NCBI GenBank assembly: GCA_021325015.1
Contig: JAJPHY010000054.1
Location: 8,523-72,522 of the forward strand
DNA: 64,000 nt
Source: Actinomycetota bacterium
Lineage (GTDB): Bacteria; Actinomycetota; UBA4738; HRBIN12
Reading direction: 5' to 3'
This document shows, one piece after another, positions 16,966-25,908 of this stretch. The position numbers and the translations under genes were made by a program. The first letter of the stretch is position 1, and every line of letters starts with the position of its first letter. Under the pieces are notes generated by a model. The model did not search any database and had not been told where the DNA came from. It saw nothing but the letters and a program-made list of their open reading frames with translations.

Positions 16966-18309
16966 CTACGAGGGCGCCCGCTCCCGCGTGCGCAGCAGCA
17001 GGAAGCCCAGCAGCCCGGTGAGCACGGCCGCGAGCACGACCCCCACCCGAGCGGCGTCGAGCAGCGGGCCGGTGAGCGAGAGCTCGGCGACGAAGAGGGA
17101 CACGCTGAACGGCACCCCGGCTGCGGCCCCGACGCCGAGCACCCGCCTCCAGGTCAGGCCGGCCGGGAGACCGCTCGCGCCCAGTCGCACCGCCAGCCAC
17201 GACCCCAGGACGATCCCCAGGGGCTTGCCCAGAGCGCGGGCCAGCAGCATCCCCACCACCACCCGCTCGGAGCTCGTCGTGGCGAGCGCGTGCGGGACGA
17301 TCCGGACGCCGGCGTCGGCCAGGACGAACACCGGGAGGACCACGTAGCTCGTCCACGGGTGCAGGGCGGCCTCCAGCCTGGCGAGCGGCGAGACCGCGCC
17401 GCGGCAGAGCCTCGAGAGCTCGAGCCACTGCGCCGCGTCGGCATCGGGCGGAGAGGGATCGTCCACGGTCTCGTCGGCGATCCGGTGGGCCTCGCGGCTC
17501 ACCGCGCGGGGTCGGTGGAAGGGCACCGCCGGCGTGAGCAGCCCCATGGCGACGCCCGCGAGCGTCGGGGACACCCCCGAGCCGTGGAGCGCGAGCCACA
17601 TCGCGGTGCCGAGCGCGCCGTAGACGACGCTCGAGCGGACGTCGATCCGGCGGGCGACGAAGACCACGGCGCCGATGGCCAGCGCGAGGGCGACCGACCC
17701 CGCGGAGAGGCGGTGGGAATAGAAGATCGCCACGGCCGCGATCGTGCCCAGGTCGTCCGCGATCGCCAGCGACAGGACGAACACGCGGAGGGAGGAGGGC
17801 GCTCGAGGAAACGCGAGCGACAGAACGCCGAGCGCGAGCGCGATGTCGGTTGGCATCGCGGCGCCCCAGCCGTGCGAGGCGGGCGGGCTCGGGTTCGCCA
17901 CCAGGTACAGGAGCGCGGCGACGACCATCCCCCCGAGCGCCGCGGCCGCCGGCAGGATCGCCGCGCGCCGGCTCCGCAGCTCCCCCGTGAGAAGCTCCCG
18001 TTTGACCTCGAGCCCGGCCACGAGGAAGAACAGCGTCATCAGCCCGTCGCGGATCCAGCCCCGGAGGTCGTCCTCGACCCCCCACCGCCCGAGCCGAACG
18101 ACGAGGTGGCGGCTCCACAGATCCTCGTACGCCCCCCGGAGCGGCGAGTTGGCCCACACCAGGGCGACCGCGAGCGCGAGCAGCAGCAACAGGCCGCTCG
18201 CCACCTCGGTCTCGAGGAACGACTGCAACGGCCGGATCACCCGCCGGGGAATCGGCCGGTCCGAGCGCGACCACGGCAGGCGGAGCTCCTCGCCCCGTTC
18301 GACCTTCAC
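16966..18309 (-). CDS. nhaA: Na+/H+ antiporter NhaA (paralog 1)
   Basis: Contains LFFLVAGLEVKRELLTGELR, AIADDLGTIAAVAIFY and PWTSYVVLPVFVLADAGV. The GTG start at 18309 overlaps the stop of the upstream paralog (GTGA). Confidence 0.8.
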   Translation of the reverse strand: MKVERGEELRLPWSRSDRPIPRRVIRPLQSFLETEVASGLLLLLALAVALVWANSPLRGAYEDLWSRHLVVRLGRWGVEDDLRGWIRDGLMTLFFLVAGLEVKRELLTGELRSRRAAILPAAAALGGMVVAALLYLVANPSPPASHGWGAAMPTDIALALGVLSLAFPRAPSSLRVFVLSLAIADDLGTIAAVAIFYSHRLSAGSVALALAIGAVVFVARRIDVRSSVVYGALGTAMWLALHGSGVSPTLAGVAMGLLTPAVPFHRPRAVSREAHRIADETVDDPSPPDADAAQWLELSRLCRGAVSPLARLEAALHPWTSYVVLPVFVLADAGVRIVPHALATTSSERVVVGMLLARALGKPLGIVLGSWLAVRLGASGLPAGLTWRRVLGVGAAAGVPFSVSLFVAELSLTGPLLDAARVGVVLAAVLTGLLGFLLLRTRERAPS

Positions 18310-19736
18310 CGCCGGCGCTCCTCCTCGGCCGGCCGATCGCCCCGGAGGATCGCGTAGCCGAGGCCCCCCGCGACGACCGAGGCGAGCAGCACGCCGAGGC
18401 GGGCGTGCTCGAGCAGGGCGCCGCTCGGGAAGGCGAGCTCCGCGACGAAGATCGAGAGGGTGAAGCCGATCCCGGCCACGGACGCGGCCCCCGCGAGCCG
18501 CCTCCACGTGACGCCCTCGGGGAGGGTGCCCACGCCCGTCCGCACCGCCAGGGCCGAGGCGCCCAGGATGCCGACGAGCTTGCCCACAACCAGCCCCACC
18601 ACGACGCCGAGCGTGACGCGGCTCGCCGCGGCGCTTCGGAGGGCGTCCGCGGACAGGCGGACCCCGGCGTTCGCGAGCGCGAACAGCGGGACCACGACGA
18701 ACGTCGGCCACGGGTGGAGGGCGGACTCCAGGCGGGCGAGGGGCGACACGGCCTCGCGCGAGAGCCGTGCCAGTGAGAGCCACTGCGGCGCATCCGCATC
18801 CGGCGGCCATGGATCGTCCACCGTCTGATCGGCGACCCGGTGCGCCTCACGGCTCACGGCCGCCGGGCGCTGGAAGGGCGCCGCCGGCGTCAGCAGTCCC
18901 AGAACCACGCCGGCGATCGAGGCATGCACGCCGGACTCGAACACGGCCACCCAGAGCGCGACCCCGAGCGCCAGGTAGACCGCACCAGCCCGCACGTGGA
19001 TCCGGCGCAGGAGCACGGCGAGCGCGACCAGGGCGAGCGCGACCAGCAGCGGGACCCACGAGACCGATCCGGAGTCGACAACCGCGATCACCACGATCGC
19101 GCCGATGTCGTCGACGATCGCGAGGGTGAGCAGGAAGGGCTTCAGCCCCCCGGGGGCGCGACCCGCCGCGAGCGTCAGCCCGCCCAGGGCGAACGCGATA
19201 TCGGTCGCCATCGGGACGCCCCATCCGCGTCCGCCGTCCCCGCCGGCGTTCAGCGCCAGGTACAGGACGGCGGGCACCACCATCCCGCCGACCGCGGCCA
19301 CGACCGGCAGAGCGGCCGCGCGCATCGTGCGGAGCTCCCCGGTCAGGACCTCACGCTTGATCTCCAGTCCCACGACGAGGAAGAACAGCGCCATGAGGCC
19401 GTCGTTCACCCAGTGCCGCAGGTCCTGCGAGACGGGCACGCCCCCGGCTCTCAGGGTGAGCCTCGTGTGCCAGAGGGTTTCGTACGCGCCCCTCCAGGGC
19501 GAGTTCGCCCACCCGAGGGCGATCACGGCGGCGGCGAGGAGGACCAGGCCGCCTGCGGACTCGGTCCCCAGGAAGGCCTGCAGGGGCTGCACGATCCGGC
19601 GCGGGAGCGGGCGTTCCGAACGGGACCAGGGCGTGCGGATACCCTCGCCCAGCGCGGTCGGGTCGGTCGGTCGGTGCGCCACGCGGTCCTCGTCGCCGAC
19701 CAGGCTTCCCGGCGCACCCTCGATGGACGGCCTCAT
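18306..19736 (-). CDS. nhaA: Na+/H+ antiporter NhaA (paralog 2)
   Basis: Contains LFFLVVGLEIKREVLTGELR and AIVDDIGAIVVIAVV. ATG 19736 gives the start MRPSIEGAPG. The conserved leader PWSRSERPLPRRIVQPLQAFLGTE is shared with paralog 1. Confidence 0.75.
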   Translation of the reverse strand: MRPSIEGAPGSLVGDEDRVAHRPTDPTALGEGIRTPWSRSERPLPRRIVQPLQAFLGTESAGGLVLLAAAVIALGWANSPWRGAYETLWHTRLTLRAGGVPVSQDLRHWVNDGLMALFFLVVGLEIKREVLTGELRTMRAAALPVVAAVGGMVVPAVLYLALNAGGDGGRGWGVPMATDIAFALGGLTLAAGRAPGGLKPFLLTLAIVDDIGAIVVIAVVDSGSVSWVPLLVALALVALAVLLRRIHVRAGAVYLALGVALWVAVFESGVHASIAGVVLGLLTPAAPFQRPAAVSREAHRVADQTVDDPWPPDADAPQWLSLARLSREAVSPLARLESALHPWPTFVVVPLFALANAGVRLSADALRSAAASRVTLGVVVGLVVGKLVGILGASALAVRTGVGTLPEGVTWRRLAGAASVAGIGFTLSIFVAELAFPSGALLEHARLGVLLASVVAGGLGYAILRGDRPAEEERRR

Positions 19737-19773
19737 CGTACCCGATGTCCCCACACGTAGGATTGGAGACACC

Positions 19774-21453
19774 GTGAGACGCCCCCGATTCGGCCTGCCC
19801 GAACGCGACGCGCTGCACGCCGTCCGCCTCCGGTGGCAACGGACCGTGGTCCTGGCAGGCCTCACCGGCGTCCTCACCGGCCTTGGCGTGGCGTTGTTCG
19901 ACTGGCTGACCGCGAACGTGCTCCTCGATTCGGTCCGGAGGTCCCCGCGCTGGGCTCAGACGCTCGCGCCGGGGCTCGGCCTCCTCTTGGCGGCCCTCCT
20001 GCTGCGCTTCGCCGCTCGCGGCGCGAGTCCCTCCACCTCAGACGAGTACATCCGCTCCTTCCACGAACGCGGCGCCCGCCTGCCGCTCACCCCCGTGGTT
20101 GGGCGGATCCTGGCCTCGGTGGCCACGCTCGGGTCGGGAGGGGCGATGGGGTTCGAAGGCCCGTCCATCTACCTCGGCGCCGCTGTCGGCTCGCTTCTCC
20201 AGCGGAGGTTCTCGCGGTTCTTCTCGCGGGAGGACGCCAAGGTGCTCCTCGTGGCCGGCGCGGCCGCGGGCGTCTCGGCGATCTTCAAGGCGCCGGCGAC
20301 CGGCGCGCTCTTCGCGCTCGAGGTGCCGTTCCAGGAGGACCTCGCCGCGCGGGCGGCGCTTCCCGCGGTGGTCTCCTCGGCGGCCTCCTACCTGACGTTC
20401 GTGGCGTTTCACGGCACCACCCCGCTGTTCTCGGTGCGGGGCAATCCGGGATTCCAGCTGAACGATCTCGTGGGCGCCGCGCTGGTGGGCCTGCTCTGCG
20501 GGACCGGTGCCCGCGCGTTCGTCTGGCTGATCCGGCAGGCGAAGCGGGCCCAGCGATCCGTCCCGCCGCGGGTGGCCTGGCTGGTCGGCGGCGCGGCGCT
20601 GGCCGGAATCGGCGCGCTCGGGTTCGCCGCCTTCGACGGACCGCTCGCGCTCGGGCCCGGCTACCGGGCCGTCACCTGGCTCACCGATCCGACCCGCGAC
20701 CTCGGCCCGATCGCCCTGCTCCTCGGGTTGCGGGCGCTCGCCACGGCGTTCACGCTGGCCGGCGGGGGCGCCGGCGGGCTGTTCATCCCGCTCGTCGTGG
20801 AGGGCGCGATCCTCGGTCGCCTGATCGCCGGCGTGATCGGGCTGACCCGAACGACCCTGTTCCCGCTGGTGGGAGCCGCCGCCTTCCTCGGTGCCGGCTA
20901 CCGGACGCCGATCGCCGGCGTGATGTTCGTCGCCGAGTCCACCGGGAGGCCCGGGTTCGTGGTCCCCGCCCTGATCGCGACGGCCGTCGCCCAGCTGGTG
21001 ATGGGTCGCTCCTCGATCTCCCCGTATCAGATCCGCATGCGCGGGGGCCACGTCGAGGAGCGGCTGCGGATGCCGGTCTCGACCGTCCTCGTCCGCGACC
21101 CCTACACGGTGCCGCCGACCGCGACGGTCGAGGACCTGCTCCACCGCCACTTCGTACAGGCGCGCTCGCGCGCGATCCCGGTCGCTGAGGTGAACCGATA
21201 CCTCGGCATGGTGCGGCTCGAGGACGTCGACGAGGTGCCGCGGGAGGAGCGGGCCTCGCGGACGGTCGCCGAGGTCATGCGCCCCGACGTCCCGGCAGGC
21301 TCGAGCGGATGGACGCTCCGCCACGCGGTGGCCGCGATGGAGGCCGCCGACGTGGATCAGCTCGCGATCGTCGAGGGCGAGACCCTCGTGGGCGTGGTGA
21401 GCATGGACGACATCGTCAGCCTGGGCGAGATCCTGGAGGCGACCTCCGACTGA
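19774..21453 (+). CDS. ClC-family chloride channel / H+-Cl- exchanger with C-terminal CBS pair
   Basis: GSGGAMGFEGP selectivity motif and GYRTPIAGVMFVAE, with two C-terminal CBS domains. GTG 19774 has GGAG 6 nt upstream. An in-frame ATG at 19723 is the alternative. Confidence 0.8.
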   Translation: MRRPRFGLPERDALHAVRLRWQRTVVLAGLTGVLTGLGVALFDWLTANVLLDSVRRSPRWAQTLAPGLGLLLAALLLRFAARGASPSTSDEYIRSFHERGARLPLTPVVGRILASVATLGSGGAMGFEGPSIYLGAAVGSLLQRRFSRFFSREDAKVLLVAGAAAGVSAIFKAPATGALFALEVPFQEDLAARAALPAVVSSAASYLTFVAFHGTTPLFSVRGNPGFQLNDLVGAALVGLLCGTGARAFVWLIRQAKRAQRSVPPRVAWLVGGAALAGIGALGFAAFDGPLALGPGYRAVTWLTDPTRDLGPIALLLGLRALATAFTLAGGGAGGLFIPLVVEGAILGRLIAGVIGLTRTTLFPLVGAAAFLGAGYRTPIAGVMFVAESTGRPGFVVPALIATAVAQLVMGRSSISPYQIRMRGGHVEERLRMPVSTVLVRDPYTVPPTATVEDLLHRHFVQARSRAIPVAEVNRYLGMVRLEDVDEVPREERASRTVAEVMRPDVPAGSSGWTLRHAVAAMEAADVDQLAIVEGETLVGVVSMDDIVSLGEILEATSD

Positions 21454-21482
21454 GCTCGGGGCATCGTCCCGGATGCCGGGGC

Positions 21483-22232
21483 ATGACCCGGGTGGTTGTA
21501 GTTCGGGGCGGGCCCCGGTACCCTTCCCGCGGTTTGTCCGAAGGTCGCCATCGCCCGTCACCCCAGCGGCGGCTCCCCCCCGCGGTGCTGATCGTCCCAG
21601 CCGCGCTCGTCGCGCTGGGCCTGGTCCTGTTCCTCGTGCTTCGCGGCGGGAGCGGCGGCCGAGGCATCTTCGGCGGAGGCCCCGACGACACGATCCCCGC
21701 GTTCGACTTCCGGATCACAAAGACACAGCCGATCGTGGTCACCGACAAGGAGCCGTCGCAGTTCGACTCGTCCGCGGCGCAGGTGGCGGACGAGGTGACG
21801 AAGACGATGACGGCGCTCTACACGGAGGCCTTCCTCGACCCGTCGAACTGGCGCGACGGCACGTACGACAACGTGTGGCCCCTGTTCGACGAGGGCTCGC
21901 GCACGAGCGCTCAGCAGGACGGCACGACGCTCACGCTCGGCGCCTCCGCCGGCGACACGTACGACAAGGTCGGCCGCCCCAAGGGAAAGATCGCCGTCAA
22001 GGTGCTCCTGGACCGCGAGGAGAAGCCCTCGATGGCGGTCGCGATCGTGAAGTTCAGCGCCCTCGGGACCCGCAAGGACGGCACGTACACCGAGATCGTG
22101 AGCACCGGCCAGTTCTTCCTGAGGCCCGGGGGTTCCGGCTGGACCGTGTACGCGTGTCAGGTCCGGCGCTCGGACCACGAGACCACGCCGCCGCCGGGTC
22201 CCTCCGGCAGCCCCTCGGGAGCGTCCTCGTGA
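21483..22232 (+). CDS. Hypothetical membrane-anchored protein (Arg-rich N-terminus, one TM, extracytoplasmic domain)
   Basis: The C-terminal 200 aa of ORF 21309..22232 show coding composition (TKTQPIVVTDKEPSQFDSS...). The stop overlaps the LCP start (GTGA). The start is uncertain. Confidence 0.5.
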   Translation: MTRVVVVRGGPRYPSRGLSEGRHRPSPQRRLPPAVLIVPAALVALGLVLFLVLRGGSGGRGIFGGGPDDTIPAFDFRITKTQPIVVTDKEPSQFDSSAAQVADEVTKTMTALYTEAFLDPSNWRDGTYDNVWPLFDEGSRTSAQQDGTTLTLGASAGDTYDKVGRPKGKIAVKVLLDREEKPSMAVAIVKFSALGTRKDGTYTEIVSTGQFFLRPGGSGWTVYACQVRRSDHETTPPPGPSGSPSGASS

Positions 22233-23185
22233 GGCGGCGGACCGTCCTCGCGGCCGTCGCGCTTGCGGCGTGGATCGCGGGATCGACGCTCGGGATCTCG
22301 GCGCCCGGAGGAACGCCGAGGGCCTCGGCGCAGCCGTTCCTCGAGATCGGCCAGGCGCACGCCGGGTTCGCGCCCACGCTCGACGGCTCTCGGCCGATCT
22401 TCATCCTGTTCATCGGGAGCGGCGCGCGTCCCGGTGAGGACGTCGAGCACTCGCTCGCCGACTCGATCCACATCGTCTCGATCAACCCGGCCAAGCACCG
22501 ATCGGCGATCCTCGGAATCCCGAGGGACTCGTGGGTGGACATCCCCGGCCACGGGTCGAGCAAGATCAACTCGTCGATGGTCTACGGGGGACCCCAGCTG
22601 CTCGTCCAGACCATCGAGAGCCTGACCGGCATCCACCTCGACTACTGGGTCCTCACCACGTTCTGGGGCTTCACGACGATGCTGAACAACATCGGCGGCC
22701 TCACCGTGGACGTGCCGTTCGCGATGCACGACTCCTACTCGGGGTCGGACTTCGAGCCCGGGGTGCAGGTCCTCAAGGGGCCCGACGCGTTGGCGTTCGC
22801 CCGCGACCGCCACAGCCTGCCCGAGGGCGATTTCGGGCGGTCGGAGGACGGAGGCCGGCTCATCGTGGCCGCGCTGCAACAGTTCCGGAAGGAGTACTCG
22901 AAGGATCCCAGCCGGCTGCTGACCTGGGTCGCGGCCGGCCTTCGAAACGTCCAGACCAACGTGCCCTTCGACCAGGTTCTCGAGCTTGCGTTCACCGCGC
23001 TCTCGGTGAACCCCAAGTACGTCGAGAACGTGGTGGCGCCGGGGACGACCGGCATGGTGGGCGGAAGCTCGGTCGTGAATCTGACCTCGCAGGCGCAGAC
23101 GATCTTCCACGACATGGCGGGCGACGGGCTGATCGCCAAGAAGAACCTGCCGCCGAGCCCGAACGCGAGCCTGCTGGGCGGCTGA
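22229..23185 (+). CDS. LytR-CpsA-Psr (LCP) family cell-envelope phosphotransferase
   Basis: FILFIGSGARPGEDVEHSLADSIHIVSINP...GIPRDSWVDIPGHGSSKINSS.. The N-terminal ~250 aa of ORF 21473..23185 are off-frame. The real start is GTG 22229. Confidence 0.8.
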   Translation: MRRRTVLAAVALAAWIAGSTLGISAPGGTPRASAQPFLEIGQAHAGFAPTLDGSRPIFILFIGSGARPGEDVEHSLADSIHIVSINPAKHRSAILGIPRDSWVDIPGHGSSKINSSMVYGGPQLLVQTIESLTGIHLDYWVLTTFWGFTTMLNNIGGLTVDVPFAMHDSYSGSDFEPGVQVLKGPDALAFARDRHSLPEGDFGRSEDGGRLIVAALQQFRKEYSKDPSRLLTWVAAGLRNVQTNVPFDQVLELAFTALSVNPKYVENVVAPGTTGMVGGSSVVNLTSQAQTIFHDMAGDGLIAKKNLPPSPNASLLGG

Positions 23186-23195
23186 TCACCCCCGA

Positions 23196-23216
23196 GCTAG
23201 TCTGTTACAGACTAGT
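23196..23216. repeat. Palindrome AGCTAGTCTGT-T-ACAGACTAGTT, 11 nt after the LCP stop; ACTAGTCTG family
   Basis: Read directly from the sequence. The arms are 9-10 bp. The flanking genes are convergent. Confidence 0.5.
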
Positions 23217-23263
23217 TGCGGAGCTCCGGACCCCGGCACCGGCGCCGCGGCGTGCTCGGCATC

Positions 23264-24310
23264 TCAACGCGTGAGCACGTACACGACGTACGCCGCGTAG
23301 AACGCGCCCTGCAGCAAGAGCCAGGGCGCCGTGAAGCGCTTCCGGAACCGGATCGTGCCGTACAGGACGAGTCCGGCCGCGAGCGCGATGCCGGCGGCCA
23401 CCAGCGCCTCGTGCGCGAGGTGCCAGGGGGTGAGCAAGAGCCCAACGGTCACGGGGAACGAGGACTGGAACACCATCGCCCCGGTCATGTTGCCCAGCGC
23501 GAGGGTGTCCTTGCGACGCCGGACCCAGATCACGCTGTTGAACTTCTCCGGCAGCTCGGTCGCGAACGGCGCGAGGAGCAGCGCGAACACGAGGTGCGAG
23601 AGGTGGAACCGCTCGCCGAGCAGGTTCACCGCGGAGACGAACAGGCGCGCGCCGCCGACGATCAGCAGGAGAGAGACGGCGACCTGGACGAAGCTCGGCC
23701 AGCTCGGCAGGCGCTTGGACCACGCCGGGAGCGAGGGTCGCAGGCGCCGGAACCAGGCCCACACGTACAGCGGTCGGATCTCGCTCTCGGCCTCCGCCTC
23801 GAGCTCGCGCTCGCCGGGCGCGGCGAAGTGCCGCCGCACGTAGAACACGTAGCCGACGACCAGGACGGCCGAGAGGGCCCAGTCGAGCGCCCGCACGTGG
23901 ACGAGCCCGGCGACCATCGCGAGCGCGTACATCGCGAGGAAGTAGCCGAGGTCCTGCCGAAGCACGCCCGGATCGCCCTCGAGCTCCAGGCTCCGCCCGT
24001 TCGTTCGGGAGGTGACGAAGACCGCCACCGCGATCACGAACATCGCGAGCGTGGTCAGCATGAACGGCGCCCCGAGGATCGCGCCGATCCCGATCTCCTC
24101 GCCGGAGGCATGACCGGACACGATCGCGATGATCGGCAGGATCGTCTCGGGGAGCGCGGTGCCGACGGCGGCGAGCACGCTCCCGACCGCGCCGTCGGAC
24201 AGGCCGAAGCCCTCGCCGATCCACTCCACACCGTTCGTGAACAGCTCGGCGCCGGCGAGGATCACCAGGAGCGACAGGGCGAGCTCGAGCCATTGCATGG
24301 GCCGGGGCAT
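23264..24310 (-). CDS. CaCA-family cation/Ca2+ antiporter (YrbG-like)
   Basis: Alpha-repeat motifs GTALPE and ATELPE/GNMTGA, with 10 predicted TM segments. Confidence 0.8.
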   Translation of the reverse strand: MPRPMQWLELALSLLVILAGAELFTNGVEWIGEGFGLSDGAVGSVLAAVGTALPETILPIIAIVSGHASGEEIGIGAILGAPFMLTTLAMFVIAVAVFVTSRTNGRSLELEGDPGVLRQDLGYFLAMYALAMVAGLVHVRALDWALSAVLVVGYVFYVRRHFAAPGERELEAEAESEIRPLYVWAWFRRLRPSLPAWSKRLPSWPSFVQVAVSLLLIVGGARLFVSAVNLLGERFHLSHLVFALLLAPFATELPEKFNSVIWVRRRKDTLALGNMTGAMVFQSSFPVTVGLLLTPWHLAHEALVAAGIALAAGLVLYGTIRFRKRFTAPWLLLQGAFYAAYVVYVLTR

Positions 24311-24467
24311 TGTCCCACTCCGACCGGGCCCGACCCTCTGTTACGCTGCGTCGATCGAAGGGGAGTAGTCCGGAAGCGGACCTCGCCGTCATCACGGCCG
24401 ATCGGCCCGGCGGGTCCCTCGCGACGCGGGGACGAGACCTTCGGCCCGTGGAGGCTGAGGAGGTCGC

Positions 24468-25799
24468 GTGACCACGCTGAAGGAGGAGCTCCGGGACGTC
24501 CATCCGTCCCGGCAGGGCGCCTCCCTGATCCTGGCCTTCGCCGCCACCGGCCCCGGGCTCGTCCTGCGCGTCTCGGGCGCCCACGTGGCGGAGCCGCTCG
24601 CGGCCCTGCTGTTCGGCCTCGCGATCGTCGGGGCCGCGTTCCTGCTCTCGTGGGCGGCGGAGGTCGCCCAACTCGACATCTCGGCCGGCCTCGCAATCGC
24701 CGTCCTCGCCTTCATCGCGGTGCTGCCCGAGTACGCGGTCGACATGGTCTTCGCGCTGAAGGGCGGGAACGCCGTGCAGGCCTACGGGGCCGCCTGCCGA
24801 CCTCCCGGCTCGGGCGTCGAGACCGCGTGCTCGCTCGCGCTCGCCAACATGACCGGCGCGAACCGCCTGCTGATCGGGATCGGCTGGTCGATGGTGGTCT
24901 TCATCGCCTGGGCGCGGCTGCGGGCCCAGGGTCGCCCGTCGGGCGAGGTCGTCCTCGAGCGGTCGCACGCCGTCGAGGTCTCCTTCCTCGGCCTCGCCAC
25001 GGCCTACTGCCTGTTCCTGCCGCTCAAGCACTCCGTCACGCTGATCGACGCGGCCGTGCTCGTCGGGATCTTCGTCGCGTACACGATCCGGATCTCGCGC
25101 GCGCCGGCGGAGGAGCCGCACCTGGTCGGCCCCGCCCGCCTCCTCGGCGGGCTTGCGCGCGCGCCACGCCGGCTCGCCGTCGTCGGGCTGTTCGTGTTCT
25201 CGGCGGCCGTGATCCTGCTCGTCGCCGAGCGCTTCGCCGACGCGCTCGTGGGGACCGGGCGCGAGTTCGGCGTGAGCGAGTTCCTGCTGGTCCAGTGGCT
25301 CGCGCCGCTCGCCTCCGAGGCGCCCGAGCTCCTCGTCGCCGGGCTGTACGCGTGGCGGCTGAACACGAACGCCGGCCTCGGCACGCTCGTCTCGAGCAAG
25401 GTCAACCAGTGGACGCTGCTCGTCGGGACGCTCCCGGTGGTGTTCGCGCTCGGCGTCGGCGGGCTCCACGGCCTGCCGATCGACGCGCACCAGCGCGAGG
25501 AGCTGTTCCTCACGGCGGCGCAGTCGTTCTTCGCGCTCGCGGTGCTCGCCACGCTGTCGATCTCGTCGCGCGAGGCGCTCATGCTCTTCTCGCTGTTCTG
25601 GGCGCAGTTCGTGATCGGCGCGGTCGTGCCGGACTCGTTCGGCGGACGCGAGCTCGTGATCGTGGCGATCGCCTATCTGGTCCTCGGGATCCTGATCTTC
25701 GTCCGAGACCGCGAGCGGATCCCCGAGTTGCTGCGGGACGGGTTCGTGCGCCCGTATCACCTGCTGAACGGCGCGGCCGACGAGGAGGGCCGGCGGTAG
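24468..25799 (+). CDS. CaCA-family cation antiporter (second, divergent paralog-like)
   Basis: Contains AVLPEYAVD, ANMTGANRLL and ASEAPELLVAG. Membrane protein of 443 aa. Confidence 0.75.
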   Translation: MTTLKEELRDVHPSRQGASLILAFAATGPGLVLRVSGAHVAEPLAALLFGLAIVGAAFLLSWAAEVAQLDISAGLAIAVLAFIAVLPEYAVDMVFALKGGNAVQAYGAACRPPGSGVETACSLALANMTGANRLLIGIGWSMVVFIAWARLRAQGRPSGEVVLERSHAVEVSFLGLATAYCLFLPLKHSVTLIDAAVLVGIFVAYTIRISRAPAEEPHLVGPARLLGGLARAPRRLAVVGLFVFSAAVILLVAERFADALVGTGREFGVSEFLLVQWLAPLASEAPELLVAGLYAWRLNTNAGLGTLVSSKVNQWTLLVGTLPVVFALGVGGLHGLPIDAHQREELFLTAAQSFFALAVLATLSISSREALMLFSLFWAQFVIGAVVPDSFGGRELVIVAIAYLVLGILIFVRDRERIPELLRDGFVRPYHLLNGAADEEGRR

Positions 25800-25908
25800 C
25801 CTCAACGCTCCGGACGCCCGTGGCGGCGGCCGAACCAGCGACAGGTCCACTCCTGGCCTCCGATCGTCCCCAGGCGATTCACCGGCAGGTCGGTACGATC
25901 CGCGGCAT

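Noticed and set aside
23216-25908. N-terminal ~900 aa of the 1650-aa ORF 23216..28168 and the antisense 881-aa ORF 23205..25850
   Set aside because: Only the last 753 aa (from ATG 25909) encode the helicase. The upstream part is antisense or off-frame to two CaCA antiporter genes and is R/G/P-rich.
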